DNA of 64,000 nt, taken from contig NC_045696.1 in the NCBI RefSeq assembly GCF_009834535.1, positions 57,972,001-58,036,000 on the forward strand. The letters are read 5' to 3'. A program made the position numbers and the translations under genes. This DNA comes from Camelus ferus (Eukaryota). The notes beneath the pieces were generated by a model, which ran no database searches, was not told the origin of the DNA, and saw only the letters and a program-made list of their open reading frames with translations. Below, piece after piece: positions 13,301-31,599 of the stretch (its first letter is position 1; every line of letters starts with the position of its first letter).

Positions 13301-14865
13301 TTGCATTCCTAACTCCATGTCAGTTTTGCTTCCTGGAGAACTCAACCTGTGACAACCCTAATTCATGGAGTCTAAGGCATTGTTATTTAGATGCTCCTGA
13401 TGCCAATTAAGTCATAGCGTACTATCAGTGGCTAGGGAGTGGCCTTATTTCAGAGATGTGAAAAAAATGTGTGCCCTAAAATAGATATAATATAGTAACT
13501 GATTATTTTTTCACTTCAACTTCCATTTCTAATCTGAACCACCTAGAAAGACCTCTGGTGGCCTCAGTTACCTAAAAGAAGCATCATATGAGTAATTAAA
13601 GCCAACAGGCCTGTGCTTTGGTTGAAAATCTCAAGTGGGCCACCCTAGGATTAGGCAGGTTCCATTTGGCTCTTATAAGCCTTGTTGAGCAAGGAGATAA
13701 TCAGTGGGTCACCTTTTCTGGTCAGTTTCAGGTCTAGGGCTGTGGTCAGAAGAGTCTCACATCTTGCAGGCAAAGGATAGAATCAACGGGAACTCAGAGA
13801 GCACATCTGGTGCCACATTGCCTGTGAAGCTGTCCCCCTTCCGAGGCATGTGCCGGGTCCCCACAAGTCCTGCAGTCACACACCTAAGCACTTGTGGGGG
13901 AGACAGTCCCCTTCTGTATTCCCCTTTCTCCACTGAGGAAAGATCTGAGCAAAGACTTTCTGAGACAAGAGAATGAGGAGATCCTACCTGATTTCTCACT
14001 GTAAGCTGCTGCTCCAACACCCTGTGAAAAGTGAGAGTGGTTTAAAAAAAAAAAAATGAGACCGAATGACTACAGATTACTGATGACAAACAGCCTAATA
14101 AACACAAAGCAACAGAAACCTTCCTAAAAGCACTGGGTTTGAGGGGAAAGAGGAACACATTTGTTTATCTGTTCGTTTGATCAGTGTGCCTAAAATACTT
14201 GAAACACTAAATGTTCCAGCAAACACTGACCCTATCCCACTTCCCTAGAGGCCAATGCACTTTAATTCAGGATGAGATGAAGGGTTAGAGATTAACGCTT
14301 GAAAGGCTCAAAGGTCACATGCCAAAATGTCCCAAAACTCTCAGAAAGGACTCCAATCTCCAAAAGCTGGTGGGGTTTCCCAGGGAGAAGAAAAGACAAG
14401 GGCACAAGGGCCTCATTGGCTACAGCTCCCCATCTACCAGTAAGGACCCACTTTCCACTGCTTATTTCATGACACAAGCCTGAAGGTGGAATTGTCAGGG
14501 TAAACAAATGAGGTGCCTTTTCCCTAGGCTTTATTTTTATTCCTCCTCCATCACCCTCCCTTTCCCAATCCTGCAAAAGCAGAACTGCTGAATGAGTAGA
14601 GAATCAAAATGATACTGAAGTGACATTTAAAAAAAAAAAATCACCCATCCTCATGTTGACTCTGTTGATTAGATTAGCATATTCTTGATTTCCCATCTCT
14701 CACATGGGGCAAGGAGAAAAATTTATTGGGATATTAAAACCAAGTAAGAATGCCAGGTGTAACTGAAGACCCCAGATTTCTTGCTGTTACAGGAAGAACC
14801 ATTCACATGCTGATCAAGGTTTATTATTTATATACATTTATGCTTTTTACCTTGAAAAAGTCCAT
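993..14865 (-). CDS. PARP9: PARP9 (BAL1/ARTD9), 5' part of CDS, 3'-partial: join of 14851-14865, 13988-14021, 11160-12007, 8739-8960, 7223-7441, 4739-4802, 993-1364; catalytic-domain exons lie beyond the window start
   Basis: Seven exons with canonical AG/GT ends and compatible phases (0,1,0,0,0,1,1) join into [24 protein letters not shown]...; two macrodomains plus the following KH-like region, closely resembling human PARP9; head-to-head with DTX3L. Confidence 0.96.
2205..2640 (+). mobile_element. Old LINE-1 ORF2 3' remnant
   Basis: tctagaatacataaagaa...ttcacagaaaaggaaac...gaaaagatgctcatcttca, typical of L1M. Confidence 0.6.
2645..2880 (-). mobile_element. MIR SINE
   Basis: gagcacttactatgttctaggc...cccatcatacaaatgaggaaactga core. 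Confidence 0.65.
4739..4802 (-). CDS. PARP9: PARP9 small coding exon ([21 protein letters not shown])
   Basis: 64 nt, acceptor cttcttgtag, donor G|gtgagt, phase 0-1 bridges the flanking exons; resembles human AFSSEMAKRSKMLSLNNYS. Confidence 0.88.
7223..7441 (-). CDS. PARP9: PARP9 coding exon, C-terminal half of macrodomain 2 ([12 protein letters not shown]...FPALGTG...ETYK)
   Basis: 219 nt, acceptor cctacag, donor AAG|gtgagt; [10 protein letters not shown] macrodomain motif. Confidence 0.95.
8585..8713 (+). mobile_element. Short LINE-1 3'-end insertion beside a PARP9 splice donor
   Basis: Similar to the L1 tail at 56610-56740; AATAAA and A-rich tail; flanking repeat aaagRtaaatttatttt at 8568-8584 and 8714-8730. 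Confidence 0.8.
8739..8960 (-). CDS. PARP9: PARP9 coding exon, macrodomain 2 (TDVIVNSV...[12 protein letters not shown])
   Basis: 222 nt, acceptor ccctttgcag, donor CTG|gtaagg; DVIVNS motif. Confidence 0.95.
10815..11045 (-). mobile_element. MIR SINE
   Basis: attatcctcattttacagatgagaaaactgaag core. Confidence 0.7.
11160..12007 (-). CDS. PARP9: PARP9 large coding exon with macrodomain 1 ([32 protein letters not shown])
   Basis: 848 nt, acceptor cctttttcag, donor GAG|gtaggt; MacroD-type motifs NAAN, GGG and GIF intact. Confidence 0.97.
12408..12555 (-). mobile_element. tRNA-Ala-derived SINE (Vic-1-like, camelid)
   Basis: Reverse complement reads gggagggtatagctcagtggtag...cctagcatgcacgaggtcctgagttcaattcccagtacctc plus (TAAA)n tail; 17-bp TSD tggaggctctattcata at 12391-12407 and 12556-12572. 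Confidence 0.88.
12585..13350. mobile_element. MaLR (MLT1-type) LTR fragments, two adjacent pieces
   Basis: tgtcttagtttgggttctcctagaagctgactctgagacaaggatttgagtg start, and an inverted counterpart ending near 13350. Confidence 0.55.
13988..14021 (-). CDS. PARP9: PARP9 34-nt coding exon ([11 protein letters not shown])
   Basis: Acceptor cttttcacag, donor CAG|gtagga; resembles human VAGAAAYNEKS; phase 0-1 fits neighbours. Confidence 0.88.
14851..14865 (-). CDS. PARP9: PARP9 start-codon segment MDFFK (exon 14851-14932 including 5' UTR)
   Basis: gaagATGG Kozak-like context, donor AAG|gtaaaa, acceptor ttcattcctag; resembles human MDFSM. Confidence 0.85.
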
Positions 14866-17842
14866 CTTCCAGGTCTCTGGGGTCTTTGTATGTTGACTCC
14901 GTTTTGCGTTTCCCAAATATGGCAGCCCCCTTCTAGGAATGAAAAGAAGGATGTAACAAGCATTGAGTAGCATCTTTAGGAATTTAGTGAGAATACACAA
15001 CAGGAAGATTAAACACAATTTCTGATCTTGAGTTGTTTTTAATTTCATTGGTGAAGAGGCACACATTGTTTTTGCTGCTACTGTTACTGTTTACCTTCCA
15101 TCCTTTAAAGAGAGGTTCCAGTTGAAACCGTAATGGCATTTCAAAGGGAAATAGCTGTATGGCACATAGCAGGGGAAGCTTTATGGGGAAGGTGAAGCTA
15201 GAGCCAGGCCTTGAAGGATGGAGCAGGCTTTTACATATTTAGAAGAGGAGGATGATAACAAGTGGTAAAACTGAGCAAAGCATTCAAAGAACAATGAGGA
15301 AAAACCAGTCTATGAGTGAGTGAAGACCCCTGGAGAGTGTCTGAAGAAAGAAGGAGCTGTGCTTGTGCCATGAAAGACATATAGTATTGAGTTTGTGATA
15401 AATATCCCTGATCTATTAGAATGGGGACTACCTAGATAAAGATCAGAGACCTTGGGAAAACATATTTTAATGATTTTTTTCCCCATCTAACAGGTAGGAA
15501 TTAAAGACTGGATTTTGAGGAGAATAATGACGAAAATGACTAAAGACACAGTTACCCACACTTGTTGCCACATGGTTGCCTTTAGGCCTATGAAATGATT
15601 TCTAATACCTTTGCAATAGGAAACCTTTGTGCAACTATCTACAGTATCAGAGCACTATTATTCTTAAGCGTCAGGAAAAGCAGTTAAGTCCAAATACAAT
15701 CCTAAAATACAAGAAGATGCATTTTTGCCTCCAGAGGGCACTGCTGTTTACACAAAAGGACGCCTTCTGCGTCTGCTTCCGCTGTGGGGTTCCCAGTGGG
15801 TTTTTGCTTTAGATGATGCACTTAATTTCCTTCTTCAGCCCAGGCTTTAAAGGTCCTGGGACAGACCTGGCAGTGGGGGTGGCATTCATTTAACCCCAAA
15901 GAAATTAGAAACAAAGAGCATATTGTCCAAAACATTCAATCTCTTCCATTTTAAAAACAATAGCAACAAAAGCCTTCCCAACTTTCCATCACTGGTTCCT
16001 ACCTCTTCACAGGCAGCATGAAGGGGCTGACTCTGCCCATCTGCCTGCTCAACCCACTGTAGTCTAGCTCACCCCCAGGATCCTCTGAAACGGCCTGTCA
16101 GTGTCCTCCAGGTGGCTAACCCCAGGGGACTCTCTTCTGTCCTAATAATCTTTATTTGACCCCTCTCTCTAGTTTCATCCTTCATTTCATTCTTTGATTT
16201 CAGAACCTCTGCTTTTTGGCTTCTCCTATGCCATCTTACCTGGGTTCTTTTGTTACTTTTCACTTTACCTTTAGAGGCCTTTCCCCTGGATTCACATCCA
16301 TGGTTCACCCATTAATCATTTGCCCCAGGATTCTGTCTGAGAAGCACATCTCAGCTCATTCTACCCACTCTCTAGGGGTGATCTCATCTACTCTCATGGC
16401 TTCAACTCACCAACTGCATGAGACTCCCATATTCGTATCTCTAGGCAATTGCTCTCCTAAGCCTCATTTTTCAAGTCGACCTGATGTCCCATAGTCCCTT
16501 CAAACACGCTGCAAAACTGGACCCATAATCTCCTCATCCCCAGTCCCCTACCCCACTACCTACACTCAGCCAATCCCCTCCAAAATCCAAGCTTTATCTC
16601 CTGGATTCTACAGTTCAGTAAATGATACACCATTCATCCACTCAAGTCAGAAATCTAGAATTTTCTCTTCTGTCCTATATTCAACCCATCACTGGGTCCT
16701 GTCCAACTAAATCACTTTCAAATATGGCCCTACCCTCCTTGCCCACTAATACCACTTCACTTAAGGACCTCAGGGCTTCTTGCCTGAACTATGGCAACAA
16801 ATTCTTTTTAAAGATTTAAATGTATTTAATTGTACATTTATTGTTTGAATAGGTATTATATTAATAGGCTCAATTTTATAAAGTGTATAAGGCTCCCTCC
16901 TACTCCCCTCACTAAATTTCTTTCCTAGAGGCAATAAGTTACTAGCTTCTTCCGCATTCTTCCAGAGGCATTTTTACATAAAAGGTAACATCTTTAAAAA
17001 AAAAAAAACTTACAAAGATGGGTTTTATTTGAGAAGCATTCTCTGCTCAAAATCTTCAGCAGACTCCATCACCTATGGTAAAGACCAAACTCTTCAGCCT
17101 GACATTCAAGGGTCTCTGTCATTTCTGTTTTCCAGATTCCTTTATACATACCCCACGCTCCAGGGGAACTGCAGTGCTGTGAAATGGCACTACTTGATGT
17201 TCTCCAAACTCTCCTTCACCTCTGAGCCTTTGCCCTCATGGGGAGGATGCTCTGGGACACCAGCTTTGGTCAGACTGCTCTTCAGAGCCTGTGCCCATCC
17301 TCAAAAGGTAGCATCTTTTACACACTGCCCTGCATCTTGCCTTATCCATTAATGAATCCTAGAGATCTTTCCATATTAGCACATAGCATCTTCATTCTTT
17401 CTACTGTTCATTGCATTCCGTTGTATAGATGCACTGTAAGTTAGTCCCCCTTTTTATGGACATTTATGGAGTTCCTTATCTTTTGCTATTATAAAAAAAG
17501 AATAACTTAGTACATAGGTCACTTGACACAGGTACTAATCAGTCAACAGGACAAAGTCCTAGAAGTGGAACTGCAGAACAAGGATGTATATGCAGTCATT
17601 ATTCTGGTAGTACTGTCAAATCGCTCTCCATAAAGACAGACTCATTTCTAGTCTTACCAGCCAGGTGCAAAAATCTTATCTCTGGCCTCTCCACCTCCAT
17701 TCATCACAGATGGAAATGTGCCCTCCACATCACTGTCAACATCAGCTTTCTAAAATGCATATCTGATATGACACTCTCCTGCTTGCCCTGCTTTCAAGCT
17801 TTCCATATCTCCCCATTGATTTTCAAGACCTTTCACCATCTA

Positions 17843-18155
17843 GAACTGTGCTGGCCAGTGTGGGCCATTAGCCACATGTAGGTCTTGAGCACTTGAAATG
17901 TGGCTAATTCCAACTGAAAGGTGGTGTAAATGTGAGATAAATACTGGATTGCAATGACTTAAGATGACAAAAAAGAATGTAAAATACCTCATGAATATGT
18001 TTTTTAACATTGACTGCATGCTGAAACGGTTAATTTAGGATATAGTGAGTTAAAGAACATAAAATTAATTTCGCCTGCTTATACTTAAAAATATGGCTAC
18101 TAAAAATTGTTAAATTAATCTGTAGCCCCCATTACACTTCTGTTGGACAGCACTG
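17843..18155. mobile_element. hAT-Charlie MITE (MER3/MER33-like)
   Basis: tagccacatgtaggtcttgagcacttgaaatgtggcta...ttggacagcactg terminus. Confidence 0.65.
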
Positions 18156-18797
18156 ATCTAGCCCCTTCCTCTGTCGGCTCTCTCACCTATCTCATCTCCT
18201 CCAAGGCCTCAGTGTGCCCTCTGTGCTTCAGATACAGTGGTCCCTGTGCCTCGGATCCTCCCCATCCCTCCTCCTCCTCCTCTCTTTTAGGATTCTACTT
18301 CAAACTTCCGCCTGAAGCCTTCCAGAGATTCTGCTTCTTTAATCACAAGTCTGCCTCCCTTTACCAGCTGGTGCGGTCAGGTGCCTCCACTCTCACCTTT
18401 ACGCAGGGCAGCACGCAGTTCAGCACTGTGAGCTAAATGTTGAAAGAAGGGCAGAAAAACCGGAAGAGCCAGTCTAAACGATAGTTAGAGGGAGGTAACG
18501 GGTTATACGCCATAATGCAGGTGAACAAATTCAAATTTTTTAAAAGTGTTGGTAAATTTAACCTGAATTCAGAATGTGGATTATATTTCAGCTGCAAACG
18601 AAAGTAACAACAATAAGAGTCAACCACAAACTCAGGAGAAACTCTGCCTTGAGCATCTCTCCCAGTCTCCACCCTCACCAGCCTGGCCCTGGGAGCCCAC
18701 CCCTCGCCAACCCGCTCCCTGCCCGAGCCTGCAGGAGAGGAGACCTGGGAGGCTCGGGCGCCCACCGCCCCGGGGACGGGAGACGGGACCTACTCAC

Positions 18798-18850
18798 CCG
18801 GCAGTCCGCGGCGAGGCGAGGAGGAGGAGTGGCTCTGACGGAAAACAGAA
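18798..18850 (-). other. PARP9: PARP9 non-coding exon 1 (5' end approximate)
   Basis: Strong minus-strand donor CGG|gtgagt at 18797 inside the CpG island, directly beside the ISRE. Confidence 0.6.
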
Positions 18851-18860
18851 GGGATTACGG

Positions 18861-25036
<6,176 letters not shown>

Positions 25037-26854
25037 GAAGACTACGGGAAGTCTTGAGCCCAGCTTGCAAAAGGCACAGTCAAAGACACAGAGTAAATAC
25101 TAATCTAAATCTTTATGTAAGAACACCTTTTAAATTTTTCATCTCAAGAAATGGTTTGTGTAAGAATAAGTAGTTTTTCTGGAGTGTTTAATTGTACGGA
25201 AGATAAAAGCCCCAAAGATCTGTGTAATATTTTGCTGCAGAGGTACTGTGCCTCATTCTCATGGCATTCTTGCAGGGCTGTGGAGGTGGAGCATTGTGGC
25301 TGTGGAATCGTCTTCTGTGTTGTGCAGCTGAAGTACTAGCTGCTAGCTGATCCTCTTATTGCCATCTGTGGGGCAGTCCTTCAGTTTTGTTTGTTTGCCC
25401 TTTAATCTCTACCCTAAAAGTAAAATCCTAGTGTGAATAGGGGAGAAGAAGGCTTTGGTTATGGAAAACTGGAGACCCACGTTCCCCTCCCTGCCCCACG
25501 GCCAGAAAAGTGGCCAGGGCAGAGACTGAGCAACCTTTGGTAATAAATGGAACAAGGCTATTATTTTTCAGGACACCTAGTATACGGCTGGTGCTTAATC
25601 AATTGTTGCTGCCTGACTCAGGTTGCTAACAACCCAGCAGAGGATATATGCTCCCTGAATCTTGGGCAGAGGCAGGAGTAAAGAAGCCATTTCTGGAGAC
25701 CTCACCACTGATTTGGAAAACCGAGTCTTTTACTCCAGAACACTTGGCCTCTGAACTCTGACTGGCCTCTAACTTTGTCCTTGCTCCCCCGATCCCTGTA
25801 ATCTGCCACGTGGCATGCACTTGCCCCTCCATAGTAATGGTACATGCCTCTGAACATTTTTTTCCTCTAGATATTATTATACTTTTGAGTATACCCCACT
25901 TCTAGTTTTAACAGGCAAATCCCCAAAATTTCCATAGACTATCATTTTCTCAGTAACTGTAGTCCCCACAGTAGCACTTTTCTCATCCTTTTGCCAAGTC
26001 CCATCAAGCCACGCCTTCTGCCTTAAAACCTTTCTCCCTGATAATCTCTGGACAGAGAAAAGGCCAGAGGTGAGCCTACTATAAGGAATATATGACCGGT
26101 CAAAATTTACTTTTACATGGTCCTCCAAGTCAGAAGAAAGTTATAGTAAGAAACTACCTGGCTATCCATGTCCCAGCCTCTCTCCAAAAGTGATGAATTT
26201 TTTGTTCAGATAATAATAGTTAATATTGTGTCCTTATTTTTCCCCTTTATAAGAGCTTTATATCTATTAGTATCCCCATTTTATAATTGAGAAAACTGAT
26301 GCACAGAGAGGATAGGTACTTTCACAAAGGTCACATAATTAATAAGTACAAGTGCTAGGATTTGAAGGAGTTAGTCTGGCTCCAAGGCTTCTGTGCCCCA
26401 GAGCCGTACTGCCTTCTACAGGGGTCTTCTCCCGCGTGGAGCAGGCTAGGGAGTTCCCATTATTCTGAGCTTCTCTCAGAATGGATTCCTGCACAGTACT
26501 CAAAGCAGATTTCCTCCAAGGAAGTCTTGATTGAAGAACTTAAAAACCCAAAATCATTTTCTTTGTCCAGAGAGTTGAGGAAGCTTAAGGTAAATAATAT
26601 TTTTTTTAAATCAGATTAGATATTTAGCTTAGTCTGATGAATTATTCAGTGATTCACTAAAGCCTTACAATTATTATTGTTTTGTATCTATTGATATTTT
26701 AGCTAAATTTGCTTCAAAAAAGCAAAAGTTTGGTTCCTGCTAATTTCTGGATCCTTGACAGCAAGGTGTGTGTTTCATATTGTGTGAGTGGTTGGAAAGC
26801 CTTTGCATTATTGCTTTTGCTCTGTGGAAAGTATTATCATCTCTATCGGCTATA

Positions 26855-26860
26855 AATAAA
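26855..26860 (+). terminator. Candidate DTX3L polyadenylation signal AATAAA (3' UTR about 1.8 kb)
   Basis: AATAAA followed about 25 nt later by GT/T-rich sequence; a weaker AATAAA is at 25542-25547. Confidence 0.5.
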
Positions 26861-27389
26861 GTTATATCCTTATTAGGAACAGACTGTCTGTGTTCTTACC
26901 CACTTCTTTTTTCTTTTTCCTGAGGATGAGATTCTGGGTGTTTCCCACAACACATACAGTGTACCACACACCATGTGGGCAGATGTCTTTGCTTGGTTTT
27001 GTGTGTAGCTTTTGCTAAATAATATCACAGTAGAATTTTACTACTATTGACTTAACTGCTGCCACTTTCAACTATAACAATCACATTTACTAATATTTTT
27101 CTTTCTTAACACATGGGTTGCCACAAAGGTAAAAGTGGGCTGTAGGTTTCATCTCTTCTCTCCTTTCTGAAGAAAGCATGCGTAATACCCTATCAAACTA
27201 CACCTGCCCCTCCTTGCTCCAAGAGTTTTTGTTTCACCTCTCCAGTGTCAGTGCCAGATTACCCAGATGCTCACTAGGCAGCAGCAAATCAGGGCGCCTT
27301 TCTCTCCAAAGGAAAAAAGAGAATTACAAATAATATTGAGATATTACAAATAATATCTCTCTAAAGATAATACATTTCTGCAACCAATT

Positions 27390-29350
27390 TCTGTGTGTTG
27401 AATTTTCCCCTACACATCCAAGCAATCCAACACCAGCTTCATGTCCTACAATCCAACTCAATTCTGACACTATCAACCTGGGGATAGCATCAGATTCCAC
27501 AGGTAAAGTCCCACAAGACTGCGCTCCACTTCAGATGCCAATTGCAAGTCCAGATTGTTACCAGCGCTTCTGACCGAATGGATATAAAATCAAAGGTTTC
27601 CACAACCCCCTCCTGTGGTTCAATTAATTTGCCAGAGTGGCTCACAAAACTCAGAAAACCAGATTATTCACTAGATTACTGGTTTACCATAAAAGAATAT
27701 TTCAGGAACAGCCAGATGGAAGAGATGCATATGGGGAGAAGGCATCCATGCCCTCTCCATGTGTGCCACTCTCCCCAAATCTCCAGCTGTTCACCAGCCT
27801 GGAAGCTCTTTGAACCCCATCCTTTTGAGTTTCTGTGGAGGCTTCATTACAGAGGCACGACTGATTGAATCATCGGTCACTGGTGACTAGACTTTCTCAA
27901 TAAAGCTATCTTTCCTTTTACCCAACGCTTGTCTCTCAATATTTGGTTCTTTTATTTCTTTTTAAGTTGAGAATTATGTTTTATTCGCCAGACTTTCTGA
28001 GGACTTCAAGCCTGGGAGGCAACCTCTCGGGTAGCTCTGAGGGACTCGGTATTAGATTCTTGAATGACAAGCAGGTGAACCTGAGTTTGGTAACAAATTT
28101 TTGGTGAGCCAGCCAGAAGACTCTCGTCCCTGTGGTTCTTAGCCACCCCCACCATCCAAAAGGCTGACAGTGTTTGGCTGGGACTGATGTGAACCCAGCA
28201 GCTCACAGCTTGCCAGGCCTGAGAGGGGGACTTTCAGGGATGTCCTGGCAGTTGCTAAACTGTTTGTTCCCCAAGACTCTCCCTGCTTCTCCCCTGCTCA
28301 GCCCCGACAGCCTACTTTCACTTTTGTTGGGAAAAGGAACTGCGCTGCTGAAGAGGAGATGTACTCCAGACTGGGTAAATTCCCTGGTGTGCACACTGGG
28401 AGCCCTTCTTTTTGCACTTGTGTCATTTGGACCTGAAGGGTCACTGTTAGTACCAGTCGAGGCAGGGAGTGGCTCAGTAGAGACTCCGTACCAGTCCCTC
28501 AGAAAGAAAAATCTGTCTGTCTGTCTGTCTGTTGACTAGTCATTTGAAATGAAAAGGAAAAGTGCCCAGCTAGGATGAGGGGAAATATATCCACTCCTTC
28601 TCAAAGCCCAAAGGAACAATTTTAGCAGGTTGACAGAATTATAACTATAATCCTATGACGAAAAAGGAAGTGATGTTTTTTAAACACTGTGTGGCCACAA
28701 TATTCTTTAGATTATGGAGAAAATTGGTTAAGATGAAACTCTTTTAAAATTCCAAAACTGGTTCTTTTTGCATATGCAGTCAGAAAAAGCTGTCTTGCTA
28801 AAATACTTCTTTTCAGAATTCTGACCTCGAGGGAACAAGTCCTTCTAGGAGAACTTGCTTTTCTCTCCTTGTGCCTTGAGATGTAAATGTTTACCAGGGT
28901 TCTCAATGGGATAAAAAAAGGCAGTGTAGGCTTCTGCTTTGTCAACTGGAAAAAAGTACAAAACCTAAAAGTTGAGAACTGTTTTTCATTCAGGGCATTA
29001 CTAAGACTATAGCCCAGAAACAGCTTCTCAGATACCTCTGAGGGCTCTTCCAAAGAGGTAAGGGAGGAGCCAGGACATATAGAAATTTTTGCTATAAAAA
29101 AATGTAGTTAAATATCAAAAGAGTACTGCTAATCACCAAAAAAACAGACATCTGAAGTTAGTGATTTTAGCGTTTCTACATGTGAAAAGATGCAAGAGTC
29201 TGGGCTTATTAAAATTATTCCTTTGATATGCATCTTATCTATGGCCAATATCCTGTTTTTCTCCATTCTGAATTCCCCTTGGGGTGCACTGTAGGGGTGC
29301 AGCTAAGGGGGGAAGGTGGCTGTAGTGGCTGAAGGTTTTATGGTCTCAAC
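27390..29350. mobile_element. Cluster of ERV LTR and internal fragments (MER21-like LTR about 27390-27890; leader/internal piece about 28085-28560; further LTR piece about 28975-29345)
   Basis: gaacagccagatggaagagatgcata shared with the copy near 43555; tttggtgagccagccag leader-like motif. Confidence 0.55.
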
Positions 29351-31075
29351 ATCCTCTGTTTACTAAAATGGCAATCGACTGTCTTTGTCCACACTCGCAT
29401 CCCACAAATCCATTGTCACCAGTCCTTCCTCTCCCTCTTCACTTCAGCTCTCACTGCCCAGCTGGCAACTTCCTAACTCCCTCAGCAGAATGAGTGGAAT
29501 ATCCACTACGGACTCTTTCCCTATCCCTCTTCTTCTTTCCGCCTCCAACCGACTTTTGAAAAAACAGCTCTGATTGCACCACTCCTGATGAAAGGCCTTC
29601 TGTGACTCCCTAATGCCTAGATGAGTGCTTCTGAAACTTGAACTTGTGTCAGATCACATGGAGGACTCAGTAAAACACAGATTGCTAAATCCCAACCCTC
29701 GATTTCTAACGGAAAGTTCTAACTGTATTCCTAACAAGTTCCTAGTTGATGCTAATGCTGCTGGTCTGGGGACCACATTTTGAGGATGCTGACCTAGGAA
29801 ATAAAGTTCAAACTCCACAGCATGGCCATCAAGTATTTTTCATTATGCTTGCTTACCCCTTCCACCCCACCAAGCCCCTAATGGTCTAGTCATACCAGAC
29901 TACCAGCTTTTCCTAACCACAGTCTATCACAGTCTGTACTTTTATTCTTCTGGCCTCTTCTCTCTCTCTCTTTCATGCCCTTGTACCTCATTCTCCTCTT
30001 AGAAATCTCCTACTCATCATTCAGGTTCTCACTCAAATGCTACCATTATAGGAACTTTCTTCCAAATTTGTCTCCAAGTCATGAATCACTTATTTTTCTG
30101 TGTTCCTAATACTTCATGCATATCTCTATTAATGCAGATGTGATACCAAAATCCACTTACCCTGCTTTCAGCCTTGGGGTGGTGCTGGGTGCTGACCTCT
30201 AAGTACTGCATCAACTCCATTCTCATGCTCTCTGATTGCTGGTTGGGTGTAGTCACAGGAGGTATCATCAAGAGATCGTAGGAGGGAGGGAGAGAGTGAT
30301 TGGGATAATTATTCCCGTGCTCTCTCCCCAAAGCAGCCATGGCTCCTGGAAAATGGCACTCTCCTATAGGCATGGCTCTTACCAAGTTCAGTGCATACCC
30401 TCTCCCTTGTCCCTTCAGCCTAGTTGGTTAAGAGGGGGTGGGGGTGCTTCACCATTTCTGGTTTCCCTTAACCCTTTGCCCATACCTAGGTAGGTACCCA
30501 TTTTGAGACTACCCTCTATATTCTGCCAGGGCCTTTCATGATAACATCAGGTAAAAGTGTATTCATCGTTTTTCGTTTCTCTCTCCCCTTACTTCTACCC
30601 TCACCCTAGAGAGAAGAGATCTGTGTCTAACTCATCCTTATAATCTTAACACAGTGCCAGGCATATCAAGGGCCTTCGTCACAAGTTGACTGAATGACAT
30701 TAAACAACGTCTTGTCAGGCTAGAGAGACACCTAATTCCAGCCCTGTCTTAGGGGGATGAAAAGGATCCAGAGTATTTTTCTGAACATGAGTGTGTAGGG
30801 AAAGCAGGGTGGAGGAGGAATGGGATGCCCAGCACAAAGGGGAACTAATATTGATATTTTAAAAATAAAATATGCCAGACACTCTAGGAACGTTACCTCA
30901 ATTAAACCTCACGATAGCATCTTGAAGTAGTTATGGCTACGCTCACTGTACAGATGCAGTTTACTGGGGCTGCACAACTAACTAACTTTGGAGCCCAGGA
31001 TTTTGACCCCAGCATTTGGGTGACAGCAAATACTGTTCCAAAAGAGTAACACAATTCTAAAGCAGCTATAAGCGA

Positions 31076-31099
31076 TTTTCATAGAAAAGAAAGCAGAAG
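31076..31099 (+). promoter_or_regulatory. Decayed GAS-ISRE cassette paralogous to the PARP14 promoter
   Basis: ttttcatagaaaagaaagcagaag aligns without gaps to ttttccaagaaacgaaagcgaaag at 63491-63514. Confidence 0.6.
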
Positions 31100-31148
31100 A
31101 AGATCAAGGTATTTCTGCTGCGGGGCACCAGCCCAGCAGTGAGGGTAG

Positions 31149-31331
31149 ATGAACAGGGCTGAGGAGGTCAGCTGGGCTAAGCGTCCTGGGGGGCTAGGGC
31201 CCTGGCCCGCGAACTGACCTCCAAGTTGCACTTCCAGAGGCCGAAGAGACGGGAGGTGGAGACCCAGACTTCCACCAGGAGCCGAGGAGCCAGCTCTTCC
31301 AGGCTTTCTTCCTGGTTCCTGGGGGAGGAAG
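31149..31331 (+). pseudogene. PARP15: PARP15-locus exon 1, degenerate paralog of PARP14 exon 1, in a CpG-rich patch
   Basis: ccaagttgca------cttccagaggccgaagagacgggaggtgg matches PARP14 ccaagttgcagatgtacttccagagcccaaggagatccggaggcgg; same donor G|gtgagggg; TGA at 31215 in the frame of ATG 31149. Confidence 0.8.
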
Positions 31332-31599
31332 GTGAGGGGCGCCAGAGGAGCAAGGAGGAGGGAGCGACTGGCGGCCCCGCTAGGCGTCCTGCGCACGCGC
31401 GATGCTCTGCCGCGCAGGGCGGCGCGGAGACCCCGGTCCGCGGAAGCTGCCTTCTGGGGAGCGCTGACCACCGCGCTCACCACCGTGACTTGTCCCGGGA
31501 GAGCAGAGTGTGAGGGTTCTCCTCCACAGGACGTTTCATCTCCTTCCCCTCAAATTTTAAACGTTCCTTATACGGTAGGGATAAAAATCCTTTAAATCC

